In this document: piece after piece, positions 38,943 to 48,733 of the stretch
How positions within the stretch are numbered: position 1 is the stretch's first letter
Layout: each line of letters starts with the position of its first letter
Assembly (NCBI GenBank): GCA_963667725.2
Contig: CAXXHO010000003.1
Location: 288,001 to 352,000 of the forward strand
Source of the DNA: Treponemataceae bacterium
Lineage (GTDB): Bacteria; Spirochaetota; Spirochaetia; Treponematales; Rectinemataceae
Direction: 5' to 3'
Length of the DNA: 64,000 nt
The notes under the pieces: model-generated
Seen by the model: the letters and a program-made list of their open reading frames with translations, nothing else
Told to the model about the DNA's origin: nothing
Database searches by the model: none
Program-made: the position numbers and the translations under genes

Positions 38943-40091
38943 ATGATATCAAAGTACCTCGCCGCTAAATTCCTGGGACCTTTGACCGAAAAGCTCAGCT
39001 ACAACATCAACATCATCAACGAGAAGGGCATCATTGTAGCGAGCAGCGACAAGAATCGAATAGACACATTCCATGAAGCGGCATATTTGCTTATTAAGGA
39101 TAAGCAGGATATCGCCAAGATATATTCAAAGGATCAAAGCCTTCTTGGCGTCAAACCGGGCGTCAATCTCCCTATCCATTACAACAAGGATGTGATCGGG
39201 GTTGTCGGCGTGACCGGCGATCCCGACGAGGTCCTGGCTGTCGCTTATGCCATCAAGACCAGCCTCGAAACGATGATCGAGTATGAATACTACAAGGACA
39301 GCATCTTCCTCCGGCAGAGCAAGAAGAACACATTCATTAACTTGCTGCTTTATGAAAAAGCCGATGAGACAAAAACGCTCATGGATATGGCCAAGCGCCT
39401 CAGCTATTCTTCTTCCCTCTATCGAGCTCCGATCATCATTGCGGCTAAGGGCGGTATAACTTCAGAGGATTTTCTTATTTTAATGAAGAAGAGCAAGAGA
39501 CATTCAAGCCAAGATATCTCCAGCATAACGATAGATCGAAATATCCTTGTTTTTAAGACGATTAAAGTCAGGAACAGCGACATGTTCGGGGACTATAGGC
39601 GGCAGGTGGAAGCTTACATCGAAGAGCTTATTACCATCTTGAAAACGGCCTGCGCCTCGGTTTCCTGCATGTCCTACGTGGGGAATTTCGAAAAGAATCT
39701 CGAACAGTACCACCGAACCTACGAGCAGGCGAATTGGTGTCTCGAAAATGTGCCATGTCCGGATGGCGGGGTAGCTTTCTTCATGGATCATGTCGAGACG
39801 TATCTCTTATCAAGGATACCGAGCATAGAGCTCGTCAATATTTTCGCGTGCAGCCAGAAACTCTTGGTAAAATCGGACAAAGATAGCAATCTTCTGTCAA
39901 CCATCAAGGTTGTCTACGATTCGGGGATGAATCTTCAGAAGGCTGCCGCGGTTCTTGGCGTCCACAGGAACACCATATACCAGAGGGTAAAGCGGCTTGA
40001 GGACATGCTTGGACTTAATCCGATCGAGAATGAAGCCGCTATAAAATTCTTATACTATCTCACACGCAGCAATCCCGCTGACGGGAAGTGA
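38943..40091 (+). CDS. CdaR/PucR family regulator (sugar diacid recognition)
   Basis: YNINIINE.G.I.AS.D..RI..FHE.A, KPGVNLPI, GVVGVTG.P; C-terminal HTH AA..L.VHRNT..QR. Confidence 0.9.
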   Translation: MISKYLAAKFLGPLTEKLSYNINIINEKGIIVASSDKNRIDTFHEAAYLLIKDKQDIAKIYSKDQSLLGVKPGVNLPIHYNKDVIGVVGVTGDPDEVLAVAYAIKTSLETMIEYEYYKDSIFLRQSKKNTFINLLLYEKADETKTLMDMAKRLSYSSSLYRAPIIIAAKGGITSEDFLILMKKSKRHSSQDISSITIDRNILVFKTIKVRNSDMFGDYRRQVEAYIEELITILKTACASVSCMSYVGNFEKNLEQYHRTYEQANWCLENVPCPDGGVAFFMDHVETYLLSRIPSIELVNIFACSQKLLVKSDKDSNLLSTIKVVYDSGMNLQKAAAVLGVHRNTIYQRVKRLEDMLGLNPIENEAAIKFLYYLTRSNPADGK

Positions 40092-40139
40092 TGTGCAAAA
40101 TGCACAGATAATTCGTAATCCCCTGTAGAATAACAACAT
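40092..40139. promoter_or_regulatory. Probable CdaR/PucR-type operator
   Basis: Palindrome TGTGCA-AAA-TGCACA followed by a degenerate TGTAGAATAACAACA, between the regulator and the target operon. Confidence 0.55.
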
Positions 40140-40196
40140 TGTGACATGCTGATTTTGCCATGAAAATAAGCACATCAGAGTTGGAGGATATCTATT

Positions 40197-40784
40197 ATGG
40201 TACAGGCACGTAAGAATTTTATGACAAAGCTTCTATTGATCGGCATAGGGCTTTTTGCGGTGTCGAGCTTTTGCTTTGCCGCTCCCCCGAGCGGCCCGGT
40301 TGCCAGATTCGAGGCACCGCTTCTCATAACGACGGCCGGACAGAGCATCGACTACGAGACGGTTAAAGTGCTCGCGAACCGTCTCAAGATTCAGAACGTA
40401 ACCGACAATGCCGCAAAGCCCGAGGACCTGTCGGGCAAAAAGACCCTTATTGTGGTTCCCGCACACAGCAACAAGGGGCTGGGATCCGCAGGCACCAATA
40501 TTGCCGACGAAATGCAGCGCGTTAAGGTCCTGCTTGCGGCCGCGGTAAAAGGGAAAATACCAGTAGTCCTTTACCACCTGGGCGGCGAAGTGCGCCGCAG
40601 CGCCGATTCCGATCCTTTCATCGAACAGGTCATGACTGTCGCCAAGTGCGTGGTTGTCTGGGCCCCCGGCAACAATGATGGATATTTTACCAAGAAGTGC
40701 GCCCAGAAGAATATACCTCTCGTCGTGGTCGACATGCTGTCGGACCTTACCGGGATCATGAAATCCATGTTCCTCGGCAATTAG
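40197..40784 (+). CDS. DUF6305-like exported protein
   Basis: Signal peptide; P.LIT.AGQS.D, S.KGLG.AG, H.GG..RR, GN.DG.FT. Confidence 0.7.
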   Translation: MVQARKNFMTKLLLIGIGLFAVSSFCFAAPPSGPVARFEAPLLITTAGQSIDYETVKVLANRLKIQNVTDNAAKPEDLSGKKTLIVVPAHSNKGLGSAGTNIADEMQRVKVLLAAAVKGKIPVVLYHLGGEVRRSADSDPFIEQVMTVAKCVVVWAPGNNDGYFTKKCAQKNIPLVVVDMLSDLTGIMKSMFLGN

Positions 40785-40885
40785 GCGGGTTCTCTTTCCT
40801 GGGTATCGCCGTCTAAACAGAAACTGGTTTTGTTCGAATAATTATTAGCCTCAATGTATCTGGATCACTATAGAAGGAGTGTCAC

Positions 40886-42181
40886 ATGGATCCCAAGGCC
40901 CTGTTGGCTCTCACCGCCATGGCCCTCGTTTTTGCCGCGCTATATGTGCCGTTCCGGAAGCGCATATCAATCGTTTTCCCCTTGATTGCCTCCTGCGTTG
41001 CCGCAACTTTGGCGGGCGGCTTCGGTGTGCCGTTCCGTTATCTGGTTGAAGGGGAATTCGCCTATTTCTACATAGTAATCGTAATTCTCTCCGCGGTGCT
41101 GTTTCTCCAGCTCATTCGTGACAATGGATGCCTCAAGAGCATTGTGGGAATTCTGGCGAGGAAGTTGAGCAGCCACCCCGTCGCTCTTCTCTTCGTGGGA
41201 GTCGGCCTCCTGTACCTTCCCGGCATGGTTACGGGGCTCGGTGTTCCGGGAGCGCTCGGCGTCGGCGCCATACTGACACCGCTCTTCCTCGCCTTCGGCA
41301 TCCCCGCGGCGGAAGTGGCCGCTCTCGTCACGATGGGCGCAATGCTCGGATCGGTAACAGGGCCGGTCAATATCCCCGCGATGATCATAGCTGGCGGAAT
41401 CAACATGCCCTTCGAAGGATTCGGGCGCATTCTTCCGGCGATCACCATTCCGCTCGGTATCGCAGCAACGATGATCCTCGGACTGAAGCGGGCGAGAAAA
41501 GCCGATCCATCCAAGATCGCGAGCGAATTCGCCGCCAGCCCGACCGATGTACGCGGCGCCAAGGCATTTGCGCCGATTGTCGTCGTCATCGCCCTGATGT
41601 TGGCTGTCCGGGTGTTTCCCAAGGCGATCCCGGATATAGGCACACCGTTCATCTTTGCGATCGGCTCGATCGTTGCGGTGTTTTGCGGCGCAAAAATCAA
41701 TGTCTGGAAATCGATAACGGGAGTTCTGGACGGACCTATTCTCGGCATTGCCGCCCTATTGCTTGTCTCGGGCGTGATCGTAGAGGTGTCGACGTTGACC
41801 GGTATCCGAGGGCTTCTCGTCGTGTCCAGCCTCAGCCTTCCGCCCTCGCTGATCATAATCGGCGCAGGGTTGGCGATTCCCCTCCTGGGAGGCACGCTTA
41901 CAATGCTCGGTTCAGCATCTATTCTCGGTTTGCCCTTCGCGACGGCCCTGCTCGGCGGCAACATGATCGTGGTGGTCGCTTCGCTCTCCGTGCTTTGCGC
42001 GCTGAGCCAGTTTGTACCTCCAACGGCCATCGTGGGGCAGCTGTCTAAAAATCTCGCGGGTCTTGAGCGTTATGGGCCCGTCCTACGGAAGATGGCCATT
42101 CCAACCGGGATTTCAATTGTGTACTGCGTCATCACGCTACTCTGTTCCAAGCAAATTGCACTTTTGCTCGGAATGCGCTGA
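40886..42181 (+). CDS. DctM/IT-superfamily transporter large subunit
   Basis: About 12 TM helices; RYLVEG.F.Y, PGM.TG, PVNIPAMII..G, PPTA. Confidence 0.75.
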   Translation: MDPKALLALTAMALVFAALYVPFRKRISIVFPLIASCVAATLAGGFGVPFRYLVEGEFAYFYIVIVILSAVLFLQLIRDNGCLKSIVGILARKLSSHPVALLFVGVGLLYLPGMVTGLGVPGALGVGAILTPLFLAFGIPAAEVAALVTMGAMLGSVTGPVNIPAMIIAGGINMPFEGFGRILPAITIPLGIAATMILGLKRARKADPSKIASEFAASPTDVRGAKAFAPIVVVIALMLAVRVFPKAIPDIGTPFIFAIGSIVAVFCGAKINVWKSITGVLDGPILGIAALLLVSGVIVEVSTLTGIRGLLVVSSLSLPPSLIIIGAGLAIPLLGGTLTMLGSASILGLPFATALLGGNMIVVVASLSVLCALSQFVPPTAIVGQLSKNLAGLERYGPVLRKMAIPTGISIVYCVITLLCSKQIALLLGMR

Positions 42182-42193
42182 ACGGAGGGAAAC

Positions 42194-42355
42194 ATGTTGG
42201 TACATCAGATCATCACGTGGGTCTACCAGGCGATAATTGGCTTCTCTTGTCTGCTGCTCGTCGTCAAGATCGTAAAGTCCAAGAGTTTTGAGCAGCAGCT
42301 TCTTGCAGGGATTGTGCTTGTTCCTTTTGCCCTCAGGCTGTTTTTGATCAAATAG
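42194..42355 (+). CDS. Small 53-aa two-TM membrane protein (absent from the ORF track)
   Basis: GGAGG RBS; MLVHQIITWVYQAIIGFSCLLLVVKIVKSKSFEQQLLAGIVLVPFALRLFLIK*; fills the operon gap. Confidence 0.75.
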   Translation: MLVHQIITWVYQAIIGFSCLLLVVKIVKSKSFEQQLLAGIVLVPFALRLFLIK

Positions 42356-42364
42356 GAGATAGAT

Positions 42365-43519
42365 ATGCCCGATGAAGAAACTGTCAAACTGAAAACAACG
42401 CATATCGCCTATACGGTGATAACCTTCGCTCTTGTCGCGGCGCTCTGCGCGGTCAGCGGGTACCATTTTTTGGCGTCGCGCGTTCAAGCCAAGCTTTTCC
42501 CGGGGCCCGGCGTTACGAGCATCACCAAACTGAGCGCATACCTTCCCAACTTGAAGAAGACCGCGGGCGACAGCGATGTGTATATTCTGGATAGCGGAAA
42601 GCCGGGCGATACGGTAGTCGTCCTGGGAGGAACTCACTCTGATGAGCCGTCCGGGTACCTGGCAGCCGTGGCTTTAGTGGAAAACGCCGTCGCCACTGCC
42701 GGAAAGCTTATCGTGGTGCCTCAAGCGGATAAGAGCGCTTTTACGCATACAATTGCGCCTGAGGCGTATCCGAGCCGCTTTTATATCAAGACGAAAGAGG
42801 GGGAGCGATGGTTCAGCTTCGGCTCTCGTCTCGCCAACCCCGTCGATCAATGGCCTGATCCCGATATCATGCTCCATTACCCTTCCGGACAGCGGCTTTC
42901 CGGCGATGAAACGCGCAACTTGAACCGCTCGTATCCGGGCCGCCCTGATGGCGTTTTTATCCAGCGCGTGGCGTATGCGATCACGACGCTCATCGCTCAA
43001 GAGAAGGCCGGAGTCACGATCGATCTGCACGAGGCCCCGCTTGAGTATTTCTTTATAAACGCGGTGGCCGCGAGCGACAAGGCGAGGAATATCGCCGTGA
43101 TGGCGCAGCTCAATCTCTCCTTTAGGGATATCGAAATCGGGATTGAGGCATCGCCGCAAAACCTACGCGGGCTTTCGCACCGCGAACTTGCAGGCGCAAC
43201 ACAGACATTGGCTTTCCTCATGGAGACCGCCAATCCTATTCAGGGACGGTTCCGGGGGCGGACAACTCCCGAACTCGTGGTAACCGGCAAAGATGTCTGC
43301 TATGAGACCGCTGCTAAATATAAGCGCCTTTTTGTTCCCTATGACGAAACCGGCAAGCCGTTATCCTTGCGCGTCGCTCGCCACCTCGCCGGAATCGAGG
43401 AACTGTTGAACGCTTTCAACGAGATGAATCCTGACAAGGCAGTTTGGGTGGACGGTATCCCGAGTTACGAAAATGTCATCAGCGAGGGGATCGGCACCTA
43501 CCTACATGCGCCGGAGTGA
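42365..43519 (+). CDS. Succinylglutamate desuccinylase/aspartoacylase (M14-like) protein with N-terminal anchor
   Basis: GGTHSDE, RNLNRSYPG, IDLHE zinc-ligand motifs. Confidence 0.85.
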   Translation: MPDEETVKLKTTHIAYTVITFALVAALCAVSGYHFLASRVQAKLFPGPGVTSITKLSAYLPNLKKTAGDSDVYILDSGKPGDTVVVLGGTHSDEPSGYLAAVALVENAVATAGKLIVVPQADKSAFTHTIAPEAYPSRFYIKTKEGERWFSFGSRLANPVDQWPDPDIMLHYPSGQRLSGDETRNLNRSYPGRPDGVFIQRVAYAITTLIAQEKAGVTIDLHEAPLEYFFINAVAASDKARNIAVMAQLNLSFRDIEIGIEASPQNLRGLSHRELAGATQTLAFLMETANPIQGRFRGRTTPELVVTGKDVCYETAAKYKRLFVPYDETGKPLSLRVARHLAGIEELLNAFNEMNPDKAVWVDGIPSYENVISEGIGTYLHAPE

Positions 43520-43525
43520 GATACT

Positions 43526-43566
43526 TGCCAGTCGGTTGTCCGCGGCAGCCTACTGGCATTTTTATA
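43526..43566 (+). terminator. Intrinsic terminator-like hairpin
   Basis: TGCCAGT...ACTGGCA stem followed by TTTTTAT. Confidence 0.55.
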
Positions 43567-43588
43567 AATCTTTTTTTAAGGAGTAGAT

Positions 43589-45034
43589 ATGAGCGAGGGC
43601 AGGAAGTGGTTTTTTGGATTTATTCTCATTGCGGCTCTGTCGTATTTGCCGGCGTCTAATGTGTTTGCGTGCGATACCTACGTAGCGCTCGGCAATTCCA
43701 CGGCAGATGGAAATGTGCTCTTCGCGAAAAGTTCCAACCGGAATAGCGAGGAGGCCATGCGGTTTACTACCTATCCCAGGGCGCAATACAAACCCGGGAC
43801 GATGCTGAAGTGCAGCTGGATCGAGATTCCTCAAGTCGCCGAAACCTATGCAGTCAAGGGCGGCCAGCCTTGGTGGGGCTTTGGCTTCGAGATGGGCATG
43901 AACGAGTATGGTGTTTGCGCAGGGAACGAAGCGCTCGGGACGAAAATTCCGACTCCTACGAATATGCTGGACAAGTCTCTGACCGGAATGGACCTTCTCA
44001 GGCTGAGCCTTGAACGCGGAAAGACCGCATACGAGGCTATGCACGTCGTGATCTCGCTTATGGAGAAGTATGGACAGTTTGGACGCTGCTCCGCAGATCC
44101 TAAAAGCACATCGACGTACGCCAATTCGTATATCTTCGCCGACTCCAAGGAAGCGTGGGTGCTGGAGACGGGCGGAAGTGAATGGATCGCAAAAAAAGTG
44201 GTCGACGTCTGGACGGTGGATAACGTCTGTACGATCGAGGAAGATTATGACGAGATATCCCCCGGCCTTATCAAAATGGCCATCGAAAAGAAATGGTACG
44301 ATCCGAGAGACCGCTTTAATTGGGCGCGCAACGTCGGTACCGAGAATTTCTCCGAGATCAAGTACCTGAGGATCAGGGACATGCTCAAACAGAAGAAAGG
44401 CAATATTGATGTTCCCTTCATGATGCAGGTCTCGCGCGACAGGCTCGAGGGTACCTTCATGGAAGGCCGCTATATGCCCGAGCACTTCTACAGGCACATC
44501 GATGGCACTACCAATTCCGCGAGTACGGCGGGCGTTATGCTGTGCCACCTGCGTGAGCAGGCTGCTGATCCGGTCAAATATGTCTGGTGGATCAATGAAG
44601 CATCCCCGACGACCTCTATGTTCAGCCCCCACTACTTTGTGTCGGATCCTCCCAAAGAGCTGTCGATCGGCGACGATCAGTATGATCCGGAAGTTCCTTG
44701 GTGGCTCTTTGACACTCTGGATAGGATGTCGCGCAAGAATTACGAAACCTACACGCCCGTGATCAGATCCGTTTGGGCTGTCGAGGAGAAGGGACTTCTC
44801 GTTGATGCCTCAATGATTGAAAAGGAAGTCGCAAGACTGTTCAAAGAGGGAAAGACCGCCGAAATCAAGACCCTGCTGACATCCTTCGAGGCTAAGAACA
44901 TGAAGCATCAAATTGATGTTGCCAAGGCGCTTGCCGCGGCAATTAGAGAGCTGCACAAGGTTCTACCAGGGACTCAGGTGCAGATTCAGGACAGTGAGTC
45001 GAGCGACCTTCGCGCTGGAATCGAACCGTGGTGA
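43589..45034 (+). CDS. Exported C69/secernin-family peptidase (Ntn hydrolase)
   Basis: Signal peptide then CDT, FAK.S.R, WG..MG.NEYGV..GNEA, GMDLLRL.LER, Y.NS...AD..EAWVLET. Confidence 0.88.
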   Translation: MSEGRKWFFGFILIAALSYLPASNVFACDTYVALGNSTADGNVLFAKSSNRNSEEAMRFTTYPRAQYKPGTMLKCSWIEIPQVAETYAVKGGQPWWGFGFEMGMNEYGVCAGNEALGTKIPTPTNMLDKSLTGMDLLRLSLERGKTAYEAMHVVISLMEKYGQFGRCSADPKSTSTYANSYIFADSKEAWVLETGGSEWIAKKVVDVWTVDNVCTIEEDYDEISPGLIKMAIEKKWYDPRDRFNWARNVGTENFSEIKYLRIRDMLKQKKGNIDVPFMMQVSRDRLEGTFMEGRYMPEHFYRHIDGTTNSASTAGVMLCHLREQAADPVKYVWWINEASPTTSMFSPHYFVSDPPKELSIGDDQYDPEVPWWLFDTLDRMSRKNYETYTPVIRSVWAVEEKGLLVDASMIEKEVARLFKEGKTAEIKTLLTSFEAKNMKHQIDVAKALAAAIRELHKVLPGTQVQIQDSESSDLRAGIEPW

Positions 45035-45051
45035 TTTAGTCCATCGCATCA

Positions 45052-45083
45052 GGCAGGGGAGGGTTCTGAAATCTTCCCCTGCC
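45052..45083. terminator. Stem-loop after the C69 peptidase
   Basis: GGCAGGGGAGGGTT-CTGA-AATCTTCCCCTGCC; no clear U-tract. Confidence 0.45.
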
Positions 45084-45222
45084 GTCATGGAGTCGGATGA
45101 CTATCGCGCCCACGCAAGTACCTTAATGAATCCTTGTCCTTTGCAAGCACAAGATATAGGCGGGATTCCGAGACGAGGAAAGATCGTAGCCGCATATATG
45201 CTGTGCAGAAAGGGAATTTACA

Positions 45223-46590
45223 ATGAACCCGCATGAGGACGCAAAAGCAATATTTCGTGCCGCCTTGGATCGCATCGACCCTATGCCGATGATTGAGCGC
45301 GCCTTTTCCCTGGAACGTGGAAATAATGGGGATCGCTTAGTCGTTCGTACCGATGTCGAAGAGACATGCATCGAACTGCCTGAGGGCGGCCGAGTGTTTG
45401 CGACCGGCATGGGGAAAGCCTCCGCAAGAATGGCTTTGGGTCTCGAGAAGGTCTTGGGTGACCGGCTTTCTGGAGGGCTTGTTGCGGTAAAGGAGAATCA
45501 TGTCGAGGCTTTGAGGAAGGTTAGGTTGATCGAGGCAGGCCATCCTATACCGGACTCGCGCTCCGAAAAAGCTGCCAACGCTATTCTCAATCTAGGAGCA
45601 TCCCTGGGGACGGTGCTGACGGATCGGGACCTTGTCATTGTTCTCGTATCAGGGGGGGGGTCGGCCATTCTTTGCGCCCCCGCAGAAGGTTTGTCCTTAA
45701 GCGACAAGAAACGAACGACCGCGCTTCTCTTGTCCTGCGGCGCGACTATCAACGAAATCAACTGCGTGCGCAAGCATCTTTCCGCTGTCAAGGGAGGTTG
45801 CCTGGCTGCGGCGCTGTTCCCTGCAAGGATTCTCGCCCTTGTGCTCTCTGATGTTGTGGGTGATGATCTTGATGTGATCGCTTCCGGACCCACCGTCCCC
45901 GATCCCACCACGTTTGCCGATGCCCTCGAAATCGTACAACGTTATCGGATTGAATCGAAACTTCCTTATTCTATAGCTGAGAGGCTGAGGAAAGGGATAG
46001 CTGGACAGTTGCCTGAAACTCCCAAACCAGGCGATGCTGTTTTTACGCACACACGTATCGTGCTGGTCGGAACGAACAGGTCCGCGTTGGCGGCGGCCAA
46101 GACGGAAGCGGAGCGCCGTGGCTACAATGCTCTTATCCTCTCGTCGAGAATCACCGGCGAGGCGCGAGAGGTCGCGCTTGTTTATCTCGGCATAGGGAAA
46201 GATATCGTTGCCTCGGGTTTCCCGCTGAAACGTCCGGCTTGCATCATCGCCGGCGGTGAGACTACGGTGACGAAGCGCGGGAAAGGCAAGGGCGGACGGA
46301 ACCAAGAGATGGCACTCGCTTTTCTTGCCGCTCTCGGACGAGTTCCCAAATTTGGCGAGGGGCTTGTTTTTTTGTCGGCGGGTACAGACGGTAGCGATGG
46401 CCCGACCGACGCGGCGGGCGCGCAGGTGGATCTCGCGCTCTATCGGAGCGCGCGCGATGCTGGCCTCGATCTTGAAGCATCGTTGGCTGATAACGACTCG
46501 TACAACTTTTTCTCGAAAGCGGGAGGCCTCATTAAGACTGGCCCGACTAACACGAATGTCTGTGATATTCAGATACTTCTTGTAAATTGA
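45223..46590 (+). CDS. Glycerate 2-kinase (class II, GckA/TtuD-MOFRL)
   Basis: GKAS, AGHP.PD, SGGGSA, RKHLS.VKGG, SDVVGD...IASGPT, GGET, GGRNQE, GTDG.DGPT, TGPT.TNV.D. Confidence 0.93.
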   Translation: MNPHEDAKAIFRAALDRIDPMPMIERAFSLERGNNGDRLVVRTDVEETCIELPEGGRVFATGMGKASARMALGLEKVLGDRLSGGLVAVKENHVEALRKVRLIEAGHPIPDSRSEKAANAILNLGASLGTVLTDRDLVIVLVSGGGSAILCAPAEGLSLSDKKRTTALLLSCGATINEINCVRKHLSAVKGGCLAAALFPARILALVLSDVVGDDLDVIASGPTVPDPTTFADALEIVQRYRIESKLPYSIAERLRKGIAGQLPETPKPGDAVFTHTRIVLVGTNRSALAAAKTEAERRGYNALILSSRITGEAREVALVYLGIGKDIVASGFPLKRPACIIAGGETTVTKRGKGKGGRNQEMALAFLAALGRVPKFGEGLVFLSAGTDGSDGPTDAAGAQVDLALYRSARDAGLDLEASLADNDSYNFFSKAGGLIKTGPTNTNVCDIQILLVN

Positions 46591-46973
46591 GGATTGTTGG
46601 CCAAGACTGTTGTGTACATAACGACAACTGGATTTTCTGTCAATATTAACACGTATCTAGTCTAAATCAGGTCTGCTTCTACTATAAATACGCACGTTGT
46701 TGTGGATGAACTAATTACCTGACCGGAAAAACTACTTTTTGTATCATCCAAAACAATTAAGGCTGTTCTGTAATGTCTGACCCGGCATAGAAAAAGATCA
46801 TGAGAAAGCGTTTTGTTCGGTAGATTCTACCACCAAGTGCAAAGATTAGAAGAGTTCATCATAAACCTCCAGTGGCGAGCGACTTGATACATAACTTCAT
46901 AGAGATCAAATCGAATTCAACGTATTTTAATAGGAGAACATCAAATACCTCTTTTGCTAAAATAATTTTTGTA

Positions 46974-47527
46974 TTACCAAATCCAAGTCAAGTTTTCGCC
47001 TAATTTCTCTTTTACATAAGCAAGTGACGGAAACACTATAGAGAACAAATAATTATTATACTCACGACCTTTTTCGTAGATAAAAAATTTCGTAGCATTA
47101 CTACCGTTAAACATTATATCGCGATCTACTGACCATGTAATAATATTTGATAAATACAATCGACTTGTTTTGGTACTGATATTACCATTACTCTCAAATA
47201 TCTCACCATTTGGCAATTTCAATTTTACAACATATGTATCATAATCACTTCCAGACACAATATTTTTTCCATATTCACGAAAAGATAGGCCGATCTCATT
47301 ATCGGATATTAAGACTACTACTAATAATTTTGAGTTCTGAGTTGCAGAGTCAGAGAAAGTACCTTCAACAACGTGAGCTAGATAAGCATGATCTGTTAGA
47401 TCACCAAACTCATCAATAAAATACCTAACTTCGAAATCAGTATCAGATTGGGCAAGAAGCGGATTTAAAGAAAACCCAAGAAAGAAAAAAATTACAGCAC
47501 AGACCAGAACTTTTTTTAAGTTTTCAT
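46974..47527 (-). pseudogene. Exported hypothetical protein with an apparent 1-nt frameshift right after ATG
   Basis: GGAGG RBS + ATG AAA ACT TAA; one extra A gives MKNLKKVLVCAVIFFFLGFSLNPLLA (signal peptide) and an open frame. Confidence 0.55.
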
Positions 47528-47896
47528 ATGATCCTCCTGTATTTGCTAGTATGGAAGCATATACACCTACTGTATACTTTCTTGGCCATTTCAATCGATT
47601 GCCAATAAGTTGAACTGAGCCCGTTTGTATTCCTTGAGTTTTCTAAAACAGCCTGCTAGTTTCTAAAGATTGGATCGGACTCAACACGCTTTAATATGAT
47701 CGAAGCGATCACATTCAGAACATAGAGCACATTCCTACCAGTCCCACCAAGGATAAAATAACTATATCATCATCAAAGATATGGGCGCCAGTCATCGAAA
47801 CGCCATGTTCTTCGATACCTTGATCCTCCGATGAATATAATGAGCCCACCTGTCTAGACAGAAAAGAATCAGGAATAAGGTGGACACCTTCTCCTC

Positions 47897-48733
47897 TCAT
47901 ACAGCTTCTTTGAGTTCCCTTGCCGGGAACTTACTCCAATAAATAGTGTCTGGAGTTTCGTACTCCAGCGATTGATGGAATCGCTCACTGTTATAAAACC
48001 TAAGGTAGCGAGCAAGCCCATCTTTCAGCTCCGTCATAGTTCGGTAATCCTTGAGATAAATGTCCTCGTACTTCAAGGATCTCCAGAACCGTTCTACAAA
48101 GATATTGTCCAGCGCCCTGTTTACGCCATCCATGCTGATTTGTATTCCATGAGATTCCAGCACCGACACAAAGGCGTCAGAAGTAAACTGGCTTCCTTGA
48201 TCTGTGTTAAAAATGCCTGGTACTCCGTAATGGGCAATTGCTTCTTCCAGTGCCGATACACAAAATTGGGCATCCATGGTGTTAGAAACCCGCCAGGACA
48301 GAATCTTCCTGGAATACAGGTCAATTATCGTAACCAGATAGACGTAACCGCCAGAAAGCTTGATATAGGTTATGTCAGACGCCCACACCTGATTCGGTAG
48401 CCAAATATTCATCCCCCTAAGTAAATAGGGGTATTTCTTGGAACCCTTGGACGGTTTGGAAAACTGAAGTCCAGGATAGATCGCCCGTAATCCGGCTTTC
48501 TTCATAATCCTTCGAACTTGCTTTCGTGTAACGTCCAAATAGATCAGTTCCCTTGCTATTCTACGGTAACCGTAGAACGGTTTCTCTTTCAGCACCTCGA
48601 GGATAGCTTCCAGAATAGCCAAATCATGATCTTCCGGAGCTTCCTTAGGCTGGTAGTAGTAAGATGATCGAGCTATCCCGAGGATCGTGCATTGCTGCGC
48701 TATTGAGAGCTCGGGATGATCGGCTTCTACCAT
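47897..48733 (-). CDS. IS3 transposase OrfB (DDE)
   Basis: PNQVWASDITY, NTDQGSQF, DNIFVERFWRSLKYE. Confidence 0.93.
   Translation of the reverse strand: MVEADHPELSIAQQCTILGIARSSYYYQPKEAPEDHDLAILEAILEVLKEKPFYGYRRIARELIYLDVTRKQVRRIMKKAGLRAIYPGLQFSKPSKGSKKYPYLLRGMNIWLPNQVWASDITYIKLSGGYVYLVTIIDLYSRKILSWRVSNTMDAQFCVSALEEAIAHYGVPGIFNTDQGSQFTSDAFVSVLESHGIQISMDGVNRALDNIFVERFWRSLKYEDIYLKDYRTMTELKDGLARYLRFYNSERFHQSLEYETPDTIYWSKFPARELKEAV

Noticed and set aside
46640..46870. Minus-strand GGAGG-ATG-ATG start
   Set aside because: Stops after 11 codons with no recognisable product.
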